This document shows, piece after piece, positions 1-10,009 of a stretch of DNA of 43,808 bases. The position numbers were made by a program, and so were the translations under genes. The notes beneath the pieces were generated by a model. The model had not been told where the DNA came from. It ran no database searches and saw only the letters and a list, made by a program, of their open reading frames with translations. Each line of letters starts with the position of its first letter. Position 1 is the stretch's first letter. The stretch is from an uncultured Thermodesulfobacteriota bacterium (GTDB lineage: Bacteria; Desulfobacterota; B13-G15; RBG-16-54-18), in the NCBI GenBank assembly GCA_964459135.1, contig CAYWLI010000004.1, positions 2,436 to 46,243 of the forward strand, in the 5' to 3' direction.

Positions 1-903
1 CAGTCTGCAGCGACCCTTAATCTGTTGCGGGCCTTTACGAAAGGAGGATTGGCAGACCTGCACCAAGTGCATCAATGGAATCTCGAATTCGTTAAAGACA
101 GTCCCTTAGGGGAGAAGTACCTACATCTTGCAGATCGTATCGGGGAAGCACTTGCCTTTATGGAGGCGTGCGGCGTGACGTTACAAGATACGCCGAGCAT
201 ACGGGAAACAACCGTGTATACCTCTCATGAAGCATTGTTATTGAATTATGAGGAAGCCCTCACACGCCAAGATGATATAACGGAAGATTGGTATGATTGT
301 TCAGCCCATTTGGTGTGGGTCGGAGAAAGAACCCGTCAACTGGACAAGGCCCATATAGAGTTTGCCAGGGGCATTAAGAATCCTATCGGCGTTAAAGCAG
401 GGCCTTCTATCGATGCGGATGAATTATTGCGTTTGATTGACATAGTAAATCCCCATAATGAACCGGGTCGCTTGACTATTATTGTCCGCATGGGACCTGA
501 TCGTATTGCCAAAAAATTGCCGTCATTGATTCGGAGCGTTACCCGCGAGGGGCGCACAGTCGTGTGGAGTAGTGACCCCATGCATGCCAATACCATTACC
601 ACGTCTCATGGTCTTAAGACCCGTTCATTTGATAGCATATTAGCAGAGGTTCGAAGTTTTTTTGAGATCCATGATGCTGAAGGAACCTATGCCGGAGGTA
701 TCCATTGTGAGATGACAGGGCAAAACGTGACGGAGTGTGTTGGAGGCCCGCAAGGTATTACAGAAAAAGAATTAACTGAAAAGTATTTTACCCATTGTGA
801 TCCCCGCCTGAATGCAAATCAGGCATTGGAATTGGCGTTCTTGATCTCTGAATTTCTTAAAAAGGCCCGTGCCAGAAAAAACCAAAGTAAATCAGAACTA
901 TAA
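1..903 (+). CDS. Class II 3-deoxy-7-phosphoheptulonate (DAHP) synthase, C-terminal ~300 aa; the 5' end lies outside the window
   Basis: Frame 1 is open from base 1 ([16 protein letters not shown]...), so the TTG at 25 used by the ORF track is internal. The translation carries strings I recognise from class II DAHP synthases ([47 protein letters not shown]). Stop TAA at 901-903. Confidence 0.85.
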   Translation, partial: QSAATLNLLRAFTKGGLADLHQVHQWNLEFVKDSPLGEKYLHLADRIGEALAFMEACGVTLQDTPSIRETTVYTSHEALLLNYEEALTRQDDITEDWYDCSAHLVWVGERTRQLDKAHIEFARGIKNPIGVKAGPSIDADELLRLIDIVNPHNEPGRLTIIVRMGPDRIAKKLPSLIRSVTREGRTVVWSSDPMHANTITTSHGLKTRSFDSILAEVRSFFEIHDAEGTYAGGIHCEMTGQNVTECVGGPQGITEKELTEKYFTHCDPRLNANQALELAFLISEFLKKARARKNQSKSEL

Positions 904-930
904 GTAAGAAAAAAGGCGAGGGGGCTTGCC

Positions 931-1194
931 ATGAATATCGTGTGGGATCCGATATATCTTATCAATTTGTTCTTGTGTGTGATTATCCTGGTTTTCGGCC
1001 TGATAGGCTGGCGGCGATCGGGTAGGGCTTTATCGCTCTACATCGGTGTTGCGTTCGGTCTCTTTGGGCTCTCCCATCTGACCACAATCCTTGGTCTGAA
1101 GGCGACACTGGAGGTGCCGTTGATCGTGGTAAGAACACTGGCATACCTGATCGTCGTGTTCACGGTGTACAAGATGGCGTTTGGTTCTAAATAG
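931..1194 (+). CDS. Small hydrophobic protein (87 aa, about three TM helices), function unknown
   Basis: ATG 931 follows a purine-rich GGCGAGGGGG stretch. The sequence is dominated by L/I/V/F/G runs. No family recognised. Confidence 0.45.
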   Translation: MNIVWDPIYLINLFLCVIILVFGLIGWRRSGRALSLYIGVAFGLFGLSHLTTILGLKATLEVPLIVVRTLAYLIVVFTVYKMAFGSK

Positions 1195-1309
1195 GGAGCT
1201 GCAGTTGCCATATTATCCATTCTGTTAAGGAGTGACTGTCGGGGATATAGGGAGGCCGGAGCGTTTAACGCAGCCATGAGACCGTGTACGCCCCAATAAG
1301 GAGGCTGTC

Positions 1310-1996
1310 ATGCATGGCGAACAGGAGCATTCTCATACAACTCGCATAATCTGCACGCTGCTGCACCTTGTTTTTCTGGGAATAGCGGGTTGGATCTATT
1401 TTGCCGGAGGGACCGAGGTCATCTCGGGGTGGCTCGGCGGTGAGCCCGCGCCTGCGGGGAATCTGGCACGACACATAACCCTTTTCACTTTCGGTATTGT
1501 CCTCTTCCTCAGGATGAATCTCGCGTTCTTTTACTTGCTCAAGCGCAAGTTCGGCTGGGAAGAATTCGGCGGCGTGCTGTTCGCCCTGTTCATCTATCAA
1601 CTCGTGTTTGCCATGCTGGGGGCTCGAGCGAGCACGCCAATCAATGCGTTGGACATTGCGGCCATCGCTCTTTTTCTGGTCGGCTCCTATTTCAACACGG
1701 GAGGCGAGTGGCAGCGCAAGCGGTTCAAGGACAAGCAAAAAAACCAGGGTAAGTTGTACACACAGGGGTTGTTTAGCTACGCTCGGCATATTAACTATTT
1801 TGGGGATACACTCTGGGTAACAGCCTGGGCCGTCTTGACAAGGAATACCTGGTCCTTGATTATTCCTGTTGCGCTCGCAGCGGCGTTTGTGTTTGCCTTT
1901 ATACCTCCCTTGGAAAAACACCTCAAGGCACGATACGGCGCCCAGTTCGAATCGTGGGCCAAACATACTAAGGCATTTGTCCCTTTCATCTTCTAG
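1310..1996 (+). CDS. Polytopic membrane protein, DUF1295 / steroid-5-alpha-reductase-like (ICMT/PEMT-related) superfamily
   Basis: AAGGAGG lies 5 nt upstream of ATG 1310. The protein is hydrophobic throughout. The C-terminal GLFSYARHINYFGDTLW resembles the RHxNYxGE signature of this superfamily. Confidence 0.55.
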   Translation: MHGEQEHSHTTRIICTLLHLVFLGIAGWIYFAGGTEVISGWLGGEPAPAGNLARHITLFTFGIVLFLRMNLAFFYLLKRKFGWEEFGGVLFALFIYQLVFAMLGARASTPINALDIAAIALFLVGSYFNTGGEWQRKRFKDKQKNQGKLYTQGLFSYARHINYFGDTLWVTAWAVLTRNTWSLIIPVALAAAFVFAFIPPLEKHLKARYGAQFESWAKHTKAFVPFIF

Positions 1997-2051
1997 TTCA
2001 AGGGGCGATAAGAGGACGGTGTCATAAAATCATCGAGAGTTTTTGCTCACA

Positions 2052-2074
2052 CCTTCACAGAGAACGTGTGAAGG
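2052..2074 (+). terminator. Hairpin CCTTCACA-N7-TGTGAAGG downstream of the 1310..1996 gene; weak terminator candidate with no T-run
   Basis: Perfect 8-bp inverted repeat read directly from the sequence. There is no U-tract, so its function is uncertain. Confidence 0.3.
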
Positions 2075-2090
2075 AACTCAGTAAGTACAT

Positions 2091-2116
2091 AAAAAAGGGC
2101 GGGGTTGCCCCCGCCC
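2091..2116 (-). terminator. Rho-independent terminator of the outer-membrane protein gene (possibly bidirectional)
   Basis: GGGCGGGG-TTGC-CCCCGCCC is a perfect 8-bp GC stem (2097-2116). On the minus strand it is followed by TTTTTT (plus-strand AAAAAA, 2091-2096). It lies 26 nt past the stop at 2142. Confidence 0.75.
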
Positions 2117-2141
2117 TTGCCATAACTTATTGATAGAAAAA

Positions 2142-3680
2142 TTAGAGATCGAACAGGACCGAAACCCCGCCGCCGATGCACCACTCCCTTTTCAGCTCAT
2201 CTACATCCGTCGTAACCCCAATCCCCCCAAGGCTAAGGAGTTCTGTTCCATCGCCATCCATGTTGATCTCCTGGTAGCCGAAACCGACAAAGGGCTCTAA
2301 GGTGAAGTGTTGAAACTGCACCGAAGCACCCATTGAGGCCCCGATCCCCCAGCGCGAACCATCCAGGGATACGTCTTCGGTCCAGCGGTTAAATGGCAAT
2401 ATTCCAAAATTTGTACTCTCAAAATCCTCCCTGATCCAACCATAAAAGGGTTCCATTCCCATCCGTAGGGTAATAGCAGTGGAGATATCCCACTCGCCGA
2501 CAAGGGCCAGGCGCACGCGGTGCTCGATGCGGGCAGGATACTTGCTATAATCAGAAAGTAAAGGGGTCCCTGGTATTGTCATCCAGAAGTCGTCCATAGT
2601 GTCGTGGTAGTTGTAGTATATTCCCGCAGCGAGCCTCTGCCCTTTGCCAAGCTCCGTGTCAATACCACCTCCTACCTCAATCTCAAAGCTCTTCTCCGTA
2701 TTATCATAATCAATCGGAGCTCCGGTAAGAAGGCCAGCGAGTATTCCATCCCCGTCCCTGGTCTTTTCCTGATAGTCGATCCTCACGAGAAAGGGGATCG
2801 CAAGGTCATCAGCCAGGGCGTACCGCAGCCACAGATCACCCCCGACCCGCCACCCTTCCACATCACCATCGAGGTCGTAGAGATTAAGGAGGCCGACACG
2901 CTCTAACTGATTATCGCCATTAAAAATGAATCCACCTCGTACGGTGACGGCAGCCTCGACAGGGCCTATGGCAGCATCGAGCGAACCCTTAAAGAGTGCC
3001 TCCAGGTAATTGGAATCGTAGGGCATCATGAAGGCCAAGAGGTTCTTATTCCCACTAAACCAATTAGAGAATGACCCATCTATATTTGTAAGCCAACTTG
3101 GGGCTATAGACTGCTGCAGCAATTGTGATGCGTTCTCCTCCTGGTGATAGGAGAACTGAAACTCACCCCCGAGATTCAATCCACCTGTCGGCAGGCCATA
3201 CAATAACCTCAGCACGAACGCATCGAGATCGCTCGTGAGTTCATATGCATCGGTAGGTGGCGAAAAAGCTGACTGTACGTCTCCATCGTAATCACCCCGT
3301 TTGCCCTCGTAGTTAAAGAAGAGCCCCATCCTCCCCAGCCCCAACGGGAAGGCTGTTCCTATACGGGCAGCATGTGTCTGCTCATCTCCAGAGGTGTCAT
3401 AGCGGAAGAACCATATCAGAGGGCCACCACCAGACAGGAATACATCGACATCATAGTCCCAATCCATCACGTCCGTGTAAGTAAACCGGTAGTCCCCGTA
3501 GAACCTCTGCCCCTCTCCCTTGGCGATCTTGGCCGGGTGGATGAGAAAATCGGACTCATCCATTACCAAACCATACGGATTACCCATACCACCCATTCTC
3601 CCCTGGCCTGCTTGCGCAACCCCTGCCAGGGCAACAACCAGCAGGGGAAGAATAGACCAAACCAACATGCGCCGTTTCAT
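2142..3680 (-). CDS. Putative outer-membrane beta-barrel protein with a Sec signal peptide, family unknown
   Basis: I prefer the start at ATG 3680 (MKRRMLVWSILPLLVVALAGVAQA...) because AAGGAGG sits 5 nt upstream; the track start at 3698 lacks an SD. The N-terminus is a classic signal peptide. The body alternates hydrophobic and polar residues, is rich in G/D/Y, and has an aromatic-rich C-terminus, all typical of beta-barrels. Confidence 0.65.
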   Translation of the reverse strand: MKRRMLVWSILPLLVVALAGVAQAGQGRMGGMGNPYGLVMDESDFLIHPAKIAKGEGQRFYGDYRFTYTDVMDWDYDVDVFLSGGGPLIWFFRYDTSGDEQTHAARIGTAFPLGLGRMGLFFNYEGKRGDYDGDVQSAFSPPTDAYELTSDLDAFVLRLLYGLPTGGLNLGGEFQFSYHQEENASQLLQQSIAPSWLTNIDGSFSNWFSGNKNLLAFMMPYDSNYLEALFKGSLDAAIGPVEAAVTVRGGFIFNGDNQLERVGLLNLYDLDGDVEGWRVGGDLWLRYALADDLAIPFLVRIDYQEKTRDGDGILAGLLTGAPIDYDNTEKSFEIEVGGGIDTELGKGQRLAAGIYYNYHDTMDDFWMTIPGTPLLSDYSKYPARIEHRVRLALVGEWDISTAITLRMGMEPFYGWIREDFESTNFGILPFNRWTEDVSLDGSRWGIGASMGASVQFQHFTLEPFVGFGYQEINMDGDGTELLSLGGIGVTTDVDELKREWCIGGGVSVLFDL

Positions 3681-3740
3681 AATACCTCCTTTATCCATCT
3701 CATTTTTATTAAGGAAACATACCCCTTATGTGATACGTAC

Positions 3741-3767
3741 CTTATAAAGCGAAAAAGCCCTTGTCAA
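3741..3767 (-). promoter_or_regulatory. Sigma70-type promoter candidate for the outer-membrane protein gene (TTGACA-N15-TATAAG)
   Basis: Minus-strand reading: TTGACA (3767-3762), 15-nt spacer, TATAAG (3746-3741). It lies about 60 nt upstream of ATG 3680. The same geometry recurs at 14589-14615 and 14795-14821. Confidence 0.4.
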
Positions 3768-3783
3768 GGAATTTTTCACAAGG
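3747..3783 (-). terminator. Candidate intrinsic terminator after purC
   Basis: Minus strand: CCTTGT-N13-ACAAGG hairpin (3783-3759) followed by GGCTTTTTCG, 50 nt downstream of the purC stop. The stem is short and the loop is large. Confidence 0.4.
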
Positions 3784-3832
3784 CTCATTGTACTCCGCTC
3801 CGTACCTCCCTCTGTGCGATGAGATTTCACTC

Positions 3833-4714
3833 CTAACCGGTTAATCTGCGCAAGGCCTCTTCGTACCGTTCTCTGGTCTTGGCGACGATATCCGGTGGCA
3901 GCGGTGGGGGAGGGGGGCTCTTGTCCCAGTCGAGGGTGAGGAGGTAATCCCGCAGGAACTGCTTGTCAAAGGCGTGCTGCGGTCCCCCTGGCTGATATTC
4001 ATCAGCAGGCCAGAAGCGGGAGGAGTCGGGGGTGAGGAGCTCATCGATGAGGATGAGCTCGCCATCCAGCAGGCCGAATTCCAACTTCGTGTCGGCGATG
4101 ATGATACCCTTGGTCTCGGCCATACGGCGGGCACGCTCATAGATGGTGAGGGTGATCTCGCGCAGTTGCTCACTCAGCTCTTTCCCTATCCGCTTCACCG
4201 TCTCCTCAAAGGTGACGTTGATGTCGTGGTCCCCCACTTCCTCCTTAGTGGCGGGGGTGAAGATGGTCTCGGGGAGCTTCGCCGATTCAACCAACCCTGC
4301 GGGGAGCTTGATCCCGCATATCTTCCCGCTCTCCTTGTACTCCTGCCATCCTGAGCCAGAGAGATAGCCCCTGGCCACACATTCGATGGGGACGGGATCG
4401 GTCCGCTGCACGAGCATGCTTCTCCCCTCCAATTCCGCTGCATACTCCCCGCACGGCGGCGGGTAATCCTCTACGCGGGTGGAGATCAGGTGGTTGGGTA
4501 CCACTTCCTCTGTCGCCCGAAACCAGGCAGTGGAGATCTCGGTCAAGATCCGCCCTTTTCCCGGTATGGGGTCGGCCATGATCACGTCGAAGGCCGACAC
4601 CCGATCAGTGGCCACGATGAGGAGCTTGTCCGCCACTTCGTAGACATCCCTCACCTTCCCCCGCTTGAACAGTGTGAGATCGGGGAATTTGGTCTCATAG
4701 ATTGTCTTTTCCAT
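3833..4714 (-). CDS. purC: Phosphoribosylaminoimidazole-succinocarboxamide (SAICAR) synthase
   Basis: 293 aa. The N-terminus [26 protein letters not shown] and the later [10 protein letters not shown] and [14 protein letters not shown] are hallmark PurC strings. Confidence 0.95.
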   Translation of the reverse strand: MEKTIYETKFPDLTLFKRGKVRDVYEVADKLLIVATDRVSAFDVIMADPIPGKGRILTEISTAWFRATEEVVPNHLISTRVEDYPPPCGEYAAELEGRSMLVQRTDPVPIECVARGYLSGSGWQEYKESGKICGIKLPAGLVESAKLPETIFTPATKEEVGDHDINVTFEETVKRIGKELSEQLREITLTIYERARRMAETKGIIIADTKLEFGLLDGELILIDELLTPDSSRFWPADEYQPGGPQHAFDKQFLRDYLLTLDWDKSPPPPPLPPDIVAKTRERYEEALRRLTG

Positions 4715-4757
4715 TTACTCGTTACCTCCTATTGTGGGTACTCGTCATTCATACTTA

Positions 4758-6002
4758 TTATATTATGGGAACGAGCATACTGCCATTCATGAGAAAGAGG
4801 ATCTGGGCATGTGGACCTTGCTCAGCAATGGCTGCGTTCAAGGCCCCTTGTAGGTCGGAATACGGCCTGATGAAGGCCTTTTCCAGGATCGATGGGTCCA
4901 GGTCCGTCACCCCCCATATCCGGGCCTTCACGGCGAGATCGGCGATCTTGGCCGCCTTGTGGTCCCCGAGGTTATACGAGCCTTCAATGAGAGCGAACAC
5001 CTCCTCAGGGTCTGTGGCACGACACAAGAGCCGATAAAACCCTTCATTTCCGACTCCCATGGGACACTGGGAGACCAGGATCAAGATACCCCCCTCTTTG
5101 AGGGCCAGTTTGCCGTGTTCGATGGCCTTATGGGCTTGGAAGAGGTCAATGTCCATAGGCGCAGGGGCAACAGTCACTACTATGTCGGCCAGCTCGCTCA
5201 CCTCCACGGCGAAGACTTCGCGGGCCTTGTACACCGCTGCGGTGAAGGTCTCCTCCAGGGATCCGGTAAAGGCGGCGCAGATGCGGTGGGAGCGGTCCAG
5301 CACCACCTGGAGGGAGTAGATCTCCTTTCCCTCAAGGGATTCCATAGCTTCGGCCAGATCCTCGTGCACGGGGTTCCCCGCCAAGGCGAGGGGGGCAACC
5401 CCTGCTTCCAGGGCCAGGCGGTGATTATGCTCCATAGTTGCGTAGGCGGCTGCACCGGGGAAGAAGGATTTTCTCCCGCCGGTATAGCCGGCGAAATAGT
5501 GGGGCTCCACCGATGAGATGGCCACGATCTTATTGGCCTCGACCACTCTGCGGTTGAGGGCAAGGGGTGTCCCCCGGGAGGTTTTCCCAAGGGGGACCAT
5601 GTCAGTCTGTGCATGGGCGTCGTGCACAAAGATCGACTGGTGAAATCGCTCAAACCAGGGGCCGAAGATCTCCGTAAACTCCGCAGGGGCGGGGGGGCGG
5701 TGAGAACCGGTCGCCACGAGAAAATGCGGGGATTTGTCCTCTATCACGCCGGCTAAGTGATCGAGGATGCGCGCCGTGGGGGTGGGGCGGGTTGCGTCGT
5801 TGACCACAAAGAGGACCTTTGTACCGTCAAGCAAAAATTCCCTCAGGCTCTTAGCTGCGAGAGGATGAGCCAGGGCCTGCTCCAGGATCTCGGGCTCGGC
5901 TCGCTGTGGGACATCATGGGGGTAAACTATCCCCGCCAGGTTTTCCTCAGGGCAATCGATTGTTACCGAGCCCTGACCGTAAGGCACCTTGATCTCCATC
6001 AT
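4758..6002 (-). CDS. LarA-like (DUF2088, nickel-pincer-dependent 2-hydroxyacid racemase/epimerase family) protein
   Basis: 414 aa. The N-terminal beta-strand pattern (IKVPYGQGSVTIDCPEENL), ...VNDATRPTP... and VEPHYFAGYTGGRKSFFPG resemble the LarA N-terminal domain and the His/Lys cofactor-binding region. The start ATG overlaps the upstream stop (ATGA). Confidence 0.7.
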   Translation of the reverse strand: MMEIKVPYGQGSVTIDCPEENLAGIVYPHDVPQRAEPEILEQALAHPLAAKSLREFLLDGTKVLFVVNDATRPTPTARILDHLAGVIEDKSPHFLVATGSHRPPAPAEFTEIFGPWFERFHQSIFVHDAHAQTDMVPLGKTSRGTPLALNRRVVEANKIVAISSVEPHYFAGYTGGRKSFFPGAAAYATMEHNHRLALEAGVAPLALAGNPVHEDLAEAMESLEGKEIYSLQVVLDRSHRICAAFTGSLEETFTAAVYKAREVFAVEVSELADIVVTVAPAPMDIDLFQAHKAIEHGKLALKEGGILILVSQCPMGVGNEGFYRLLCRATDPEEVFALIEGSYNLGDHKAAKIADLAVKARIWGVTDLDPSILEKAFIRPYSDLQGALNAAIAEQGPHAQILFLMNGSMLVPII

Positions 6003-7711
6003 TTCACCTGCAGGGTGCGCATGCGGTTGATGGCAGCGCTCAACTCAAAGGGCCTCGGCATGGCGAGGTTACCCACCGTATAGGGGAGGAGACAATCGAG
6101 CCCCTTTTCCTGCACGGCCTGCATCACCATCTCCATCCCCTCTTTCAGTGACGGGGCACTTTCCAGATATCGCTCGGCATAGAAGTGGATCATGAGGCCG
6201 ATGGTCCTGGTCTGGCTCATATCCACCAGCTGCTCAAGATACGAAAGGTTAATGTTGGTGGTGCCGTAGAGGATGGTCCTGAGCCCCTTGGCATTTATCT
6301 TGACCTCTCGCTTGCCCCGGCTCGAGTCGAACCCCGCTTTGAGGGGGTGGCGCGGGGTGACCTCACCGAAGGTGTCGCCCCCCTCGTCGGTCCGGGAACT
6401 GGCGTGCTTGCGGGCGATCTCGGCGGCCTGTTCAGTGACGCAGTGGGGTTGATAGTTTTCCATCATGATGACGGTGTCTGCTACATCGAAATAATCGCCG
6501 GATCCCCCCATGACGAGGATCGTGGAGACCCCCTCATCGGCGCAGAGCTTTCGCACCTTGTCAACAAAGGGGGTGATGGGCTCCTGTGCCTTGGCCACCA
6601 ACTCCTGCATGCGCTCATCCCGCACCATGAAGTTGGTGGCTGAGGTATCCTCATCAATCAGCAGCACCTGGGCCCCTATTTCCAAGGCCTCCATGATGTT
6701 GGCTGCCTGCGAGGTGCTGCCACTGGCATTATCGGTGGAAAACCGTATGGTATCCTTGCCGAAGGGAAGGTTATTAATAAAAGGGCTGATGTTCACCTTT
6801 TCGATCTTGCGGCCGTCCTCCGCCCTGATCTTTACCGCCGCCTGATTGGACACTACGTATTCCCTCCCGTCGCCGGGGATGTGGTTGTACACCCCCCGCT
6901 CGATGGCGTTCAGCAGGGTGGACTTGCCGTGAAAACCGCCGCCTACAATGAGAGTTACCCCTTTGGGGATCCCCATCCCCTGGATTCGCCCCCGATGAGG
7001 GAGCTTCAGCTCGACCTCGAGCTCGCGGGGTCCCTTGAAGGGGACGGCTCCTGAGCTTTCTGAGTCTAGGGGCCTGTCATCTACTCCGCTGCGCCGGGGG
7101 AGCACTGAGCCGTCGGCCACAAAGGCCATCAGCCCCCGCTCCGTCAAGAGCCCCCGCATGGCATCCTGGTCCTCTGCCACATCGACGTGGCGCCGGATCT
7201 CTTCCGGATTAATGCTGCGGTACAAGAGGGATCCTTCCACGATCTTTGGTATCTCCTCGAAGAAGATCCCCAATGCCTCTTTACCCAGGATGGTCCGGCC
7301 TGCTGCGGGGAGCCCCACTACAAAGCGGGCCTCCAGGTTCTCCCCGTCAATAACCACGGCGTTGCGCTCCAGGATCTCCTGTCCCCCCCTGTCGATCTCC
7401 ACCACACCGCTCTTGCCTATGCCGCGATGCCCTTTTGTCCAGCGGCGGATGGCCCCATGAAATCTGCGGGCCAGGTAATCGCAGAAGGCGATCTGGCGGA
7501 CGGTATTATCCCAAAGGTCTTGAGGAAATTCGGTCCGGTCAATGGGGAGCCGCACCCGCACCCGGGAGGGGGCGGCAAAGGGGTCTCCTTGGACGTGATC
7601 GATGATGAGGGTATAGAGGCCGAATGCGTATGAACCCTTGATTGCTTTGTAGGCCTTATACCCTTTGCCGTCGATGCGGCTGATAGACCGCTTCAGATCT
7701 TCCTTTGTCAT
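5999..7711 (-). CDS. Predicted ATPase of the ABC class (ABC_ATPase family), function unknown
   Basis: 570 aa. The N-terminus IDGKGYKAYKAIKGSYAF and the Walker-A-like GGGFHGKSTLLNAIE, followed by LLIDEDTSATNFM (Walker B-like), match my memory of this family. Confidence 0.65.
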   Translation of the reverse strand: MTKEDLKRSISRIDGKGYKAYKAIKGSYAFGLYTLIIDHVQGDPFAAPSRVRVRLPIDRTEFPQDLWDNTVRQIAFCDYLARRFHGAIRRWTKGHRGIGKSGVVEIDRGGQEILERNAVVIDGENLEARFVVGLPAAGRTILGKEALGIFFEEIPKIVEGSLLYRSINPEEIRRHVDVAEDQDAMRGLLTERGLMAFVADGSVLPRRSGVDDRPLDSESSGAVPFKGPRELEVELKLPHRGRIQGMGIPKGVTLIVGGGFHGKSTLLNAIERGVYNHIPGDGREYVVSNQAAVKIRAEDGRKIEKVNISPFINNLPFGKDTIRFSTDNASGSTSQAANIMEALEIGAQVLLIDEDTSATNFMVRDERMQELVAKAQEPITPFVDKVRKLCADEGVSTILVMGGSGDYFDVADTVIMMENYQPHCVTEQAAEIARKHASSRTDEGGDTFGEVTPRHPLKAGFDSSRGKREVKINAKGLRTILYGTTNINLSYLEQLVDMSQTRTIGLMIHFYAERYLESAPSLKEGMEMVMQAVQEKGLDCLLPYTVGNLAMPRPFELSAAINRMRTLQVK

Positions 7712-7772
7712 CCTTATGCTCTTGTTTTACTGGTTGTTAATGACGGTGAGGCCCTCAGAATGGTGCACACCC

Positions 7773-9140
7773 TCAGAAGAGCTTATCCCATACCTCCCGC
7801 AGGTCCCTTACGGTGATCAGCTCCATCCCCTTGGGGGGCTTGATCCCCTGGGCGCTGCTGCGGGGGAGGATACAACTCTTGAAGCCCAGGCGGGCCGCCT
7901 CCCTCACCCGCTGCTCACCGAAGCTCACCCCCCGCACTTCCCCGGCCAGCCCCACCTCGCCAAAGACCACCATCCCCGCTGGGATGACCTTGTCCAGGTG
8001 GCTCGAGGCCACGGCGACCACCACGCCCAGATCGACGGCGGGCTCTTCGATCCTCAAGCCCCCGGCCACATTGGCGAAGATGTCCTGGTGAGAAAGATTG
8101 ATCCCCACCTTCTTCTCCATGACGGCCACCAGGAGGGAGAGCCGGTTGTAATCCACCCCCATGGCCATTCTCTTGGGGACGGCAAAGGCTGTGGGGGCGA
8201 CCAGGGCCTGGATCTCCACCAGGATGGGCCTGGTCCCCTCCATGCTCGCCATTACGGTGCTCCCCGAAGTCCCAGTGGGTCGCTCGGCAAGGAAGATCTC
8301 CGAGGGGTTGGTCACCTCCTGCAGCCCCTCTTCCTTCATCTCAAAGACCCCGATCTCGTTGGTGGAGCCGAAGCGGTTCTTCACGGCCCGCAGGATGCGG
8401 AAGGGGCTGTCCGCGCTACGCTCCATGTACAGGACGGTATCCACGATGTGCTCCAGAACCCGGGGGCCGGCAATAGCCCCGTCTTTGGTTACGTGCCCCA
8501 CCAGGAAGGTCGCTACCCCCAGCCCCTTGGCCAGATAGGTCAACCTCCCCGAGGTCTCCCGCACCTGGCTGATGCTCCCCGGGGCCGATCCGAGCTGGGA
8601 GGTGTAGATCGACTGGATAGAATCGATCACCAGTACCTGGGGTGAGAGCTCCTCCACCCCCTGGATGATCCGCTCGAGCGATGTCTCGGCAGCCACAAAG
8701 AGCCCGTCGCTCACCGCTCCCAGACGCTTGGCTCGCAGTTTGGTCTGCCTGAGGGACTCCTCAGCGGAGATGTAGAGGCATCGTTTGCCCTGGGCGGCGA
8801 GGGTATAGAGGCACTGGAACATGAGGGTGGACTTCCCGATTCCGGGATCCCCGCCCAGCAGGACGACCGAGCCTGCCACAATCCCGCCCCCCAGCACACG
8901 GTTGAACTCCTCCAGACGGGTGGGGAGTCGCGGCCCCTCTTCCTCCTCTGCCACGTCACCGATGGCACGGGGGGCCTCCTCTACCCCCCAGCGCTGCCGG
9001 GTGCCCTCGGGAGTGGCCTCCTCGCCGACGAGCTCCTCCACTAGGGTCCCCCACCCCTGGCAGTCGGGGCAGCGCCCCAACCACTTGGGGGCCTGATAGC
9101 CACATGACTGACAGATGAATATCGTCTTCGCCTTAGCCAT
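7773..9140 (-). CDS. radA: DNA repair protein RadA/Sms
   Basis: I prefer the start at ATG 9140 (MAKAKTIFICQSCGY..CPDC zinc finger). Also present are the Walker A GDPGIGKST, the RadA-specific KNRFG motif and a Lon-protease-like C-terminal domain. The 24-aa extension in the track has no support. Confidence 0.93.
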   Translation of the reverse strand: MAKAKTIFICQSCGYQAPKWLGRCPDCQGWGTLVEELVGEEATPEGTRQRWGVEEAPRAIGDVAEEEEGPRLPTRLEEFNRVLGGGIVAGSVVLLGGDPGIGKSTLMFQCLYTLAAQGKRCLYISAEESLRQTKLRAKRLGAVSDGLFVAAETSLERIIQGVEELSPQVLVIDSIQSIYTSQLGSAPGSISQVRETSGRLTYLAKGLGVATFLVGHVTKDGAIAGPRVLEHIVDTVLYMERSADSPFRILRAVKNRFGSTNEIGVFEMKEEGLQEVTNPSEIFLAERPTGTSGSTVMASMEGTRPILVEIQALVAPTAFAVPKRMAMGVDYNRLSLLVAVMEKKVGINLSHQDIFANVAGGLRIEEPAVDLGVVVAVASSHLDKVIPAGMVVFGEVGLAGEVRGVSFGEQRVREAARLGFKSCILPRSSAQGIKPPKGMELITVRDLREVWDKLF

Positions 9141-9145
9141 TGCTC

Positions 9146-9913
9146 TCAGTCTCTCGGGGTGAACTTCGCCAATGCATCCCCCAGACGCTGACGGGCCATC
9201 GGGGAATACCATTGTTCCAGAAAGAGCGTGATTTCTTCTTCCAGGTATGAACGGACCTGGGACTCAATGGCGCGTACCCAGAGGTGCTTGTTCGCTGCAA
9301 AGGCATCCCCCGGCATCTCACCTAAATCCCTGGCCTTCTGTACTGCTGCCGAAACCACCGTTGCAAGGGGATACACCCCGTCCACCATACCGATCTGGGA
9401 GGCCTCTTCAGGGGGGTAGAGTGTACCGGAGGAGATTGCCTCACGGGCCTGACGTTCTCCCACCCATTGCCGCAAGAGACAATGGGCCAGATAGGTGATA
9501 GGAACCCCCAGCTTGCTCTCGTTCACCCCTATCAATCTGCGTCCCTCAGCGATAAACCGGTAGTCGGTGCAGAGTGCCAGGATACACCCTCCTGCCGTTG
9601 CATGCCCGGTAATGGCGGTTATTGTCGGTTTGGGAAAGGTATAAAGGTCCAGACACAGGAGGTTGAACGCTCGGAAAAAGGCCCCAAACTCCTGTTGCGG
9701 TAAGGGATAGAGTTCAGGCAGGTCAAACCCAATAGAAAAGAATTTATCGTTGTTGCCGGTGAACACCAGGGCGCGGATTGCGGGGTCATTTTTAACCATT
9801 CGCAGGGCTTCACCCAGTTCATCCAAGACTTGCTGGTTGATGGCATTAATGATCCCCCCGTTTAACTGGATCAGGGCGACCCCATCCTGCTGTTCAAGCC
9901 CTATGACCTCCAT
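9146..9913 (-). CDS. Enoyl-CoA hydratase/isomerase (crotonase) family protein
   Basis: I prefer the start at ATG 9913 (MEVIGLEQQDGVALIQLNGG...) with GGAGAA upstream. Crotonase-fold strings are present (ALVFTGNNDKFFSIGFDL, ITGHATAGGCILALCTDYR). The upstream 87 aa in the track ORF are P/S/R-rich and non-homologous. Confidence 0.8.
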   Translation of the reverse strand: MEVIGLEQQDGVALIQLNGGIINAINQQVLDELGEALRMVKNDPAIRALVFTGNNDKFFSIGFDLPELYPLPQQEFGAFFRAFNLLCLDLYTFPKPTITAITGHATAGGCILALCTDYRFIAEGRRLIGVNESKLGVPITYLAHCLLRQWVGERQAREAISSGTLYPPEEASQIGMVDGVYPLATVVSAAVQKARDLGEMPGDAFAANKHLWVRAIESQVRSYLEEEITLFLEQWYSPMARQRLGDALAKFTPRD

Positions 9914-9944
9914 CCCGTTCTCCGTCCTCGGTATCAATTGGCCT

Positions 9945-9973
9945 ATTCCACCAGAGAAGCCGGGGTTTGTCAA
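9945..9973 (-). promoter_or_regulatory. Sigma70-type promoter candidate (TTGACA-N17-TGGAAT) for the crotonase-radA...purC gene string
   Basis: Minus strand: TTGACA (9973-9968), 17-nt spacer, TGGAAT (9950-9945), about 30 nt upstream of ATG 9913. Confidence 0.3.
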
Positions 9974-10009
9974 ATGTTCATCATGCCCTCCCCCTTGAGG
10001 AATCCGCTC

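Noticed and set aside
7752-7778. Direct repeat CCCTCAGAA x2 (7752-7760 and 7770-7778) spanning the radA stop codon; on the coding strand it reads TTCTGAGGG-N9-TTCTGAGGG and gives two in-frame TGAs six codons apart
   Set aside because: It is short enough to be chance or a small duplication. No known recoding signal is present, and RadA is complete at the first stop.
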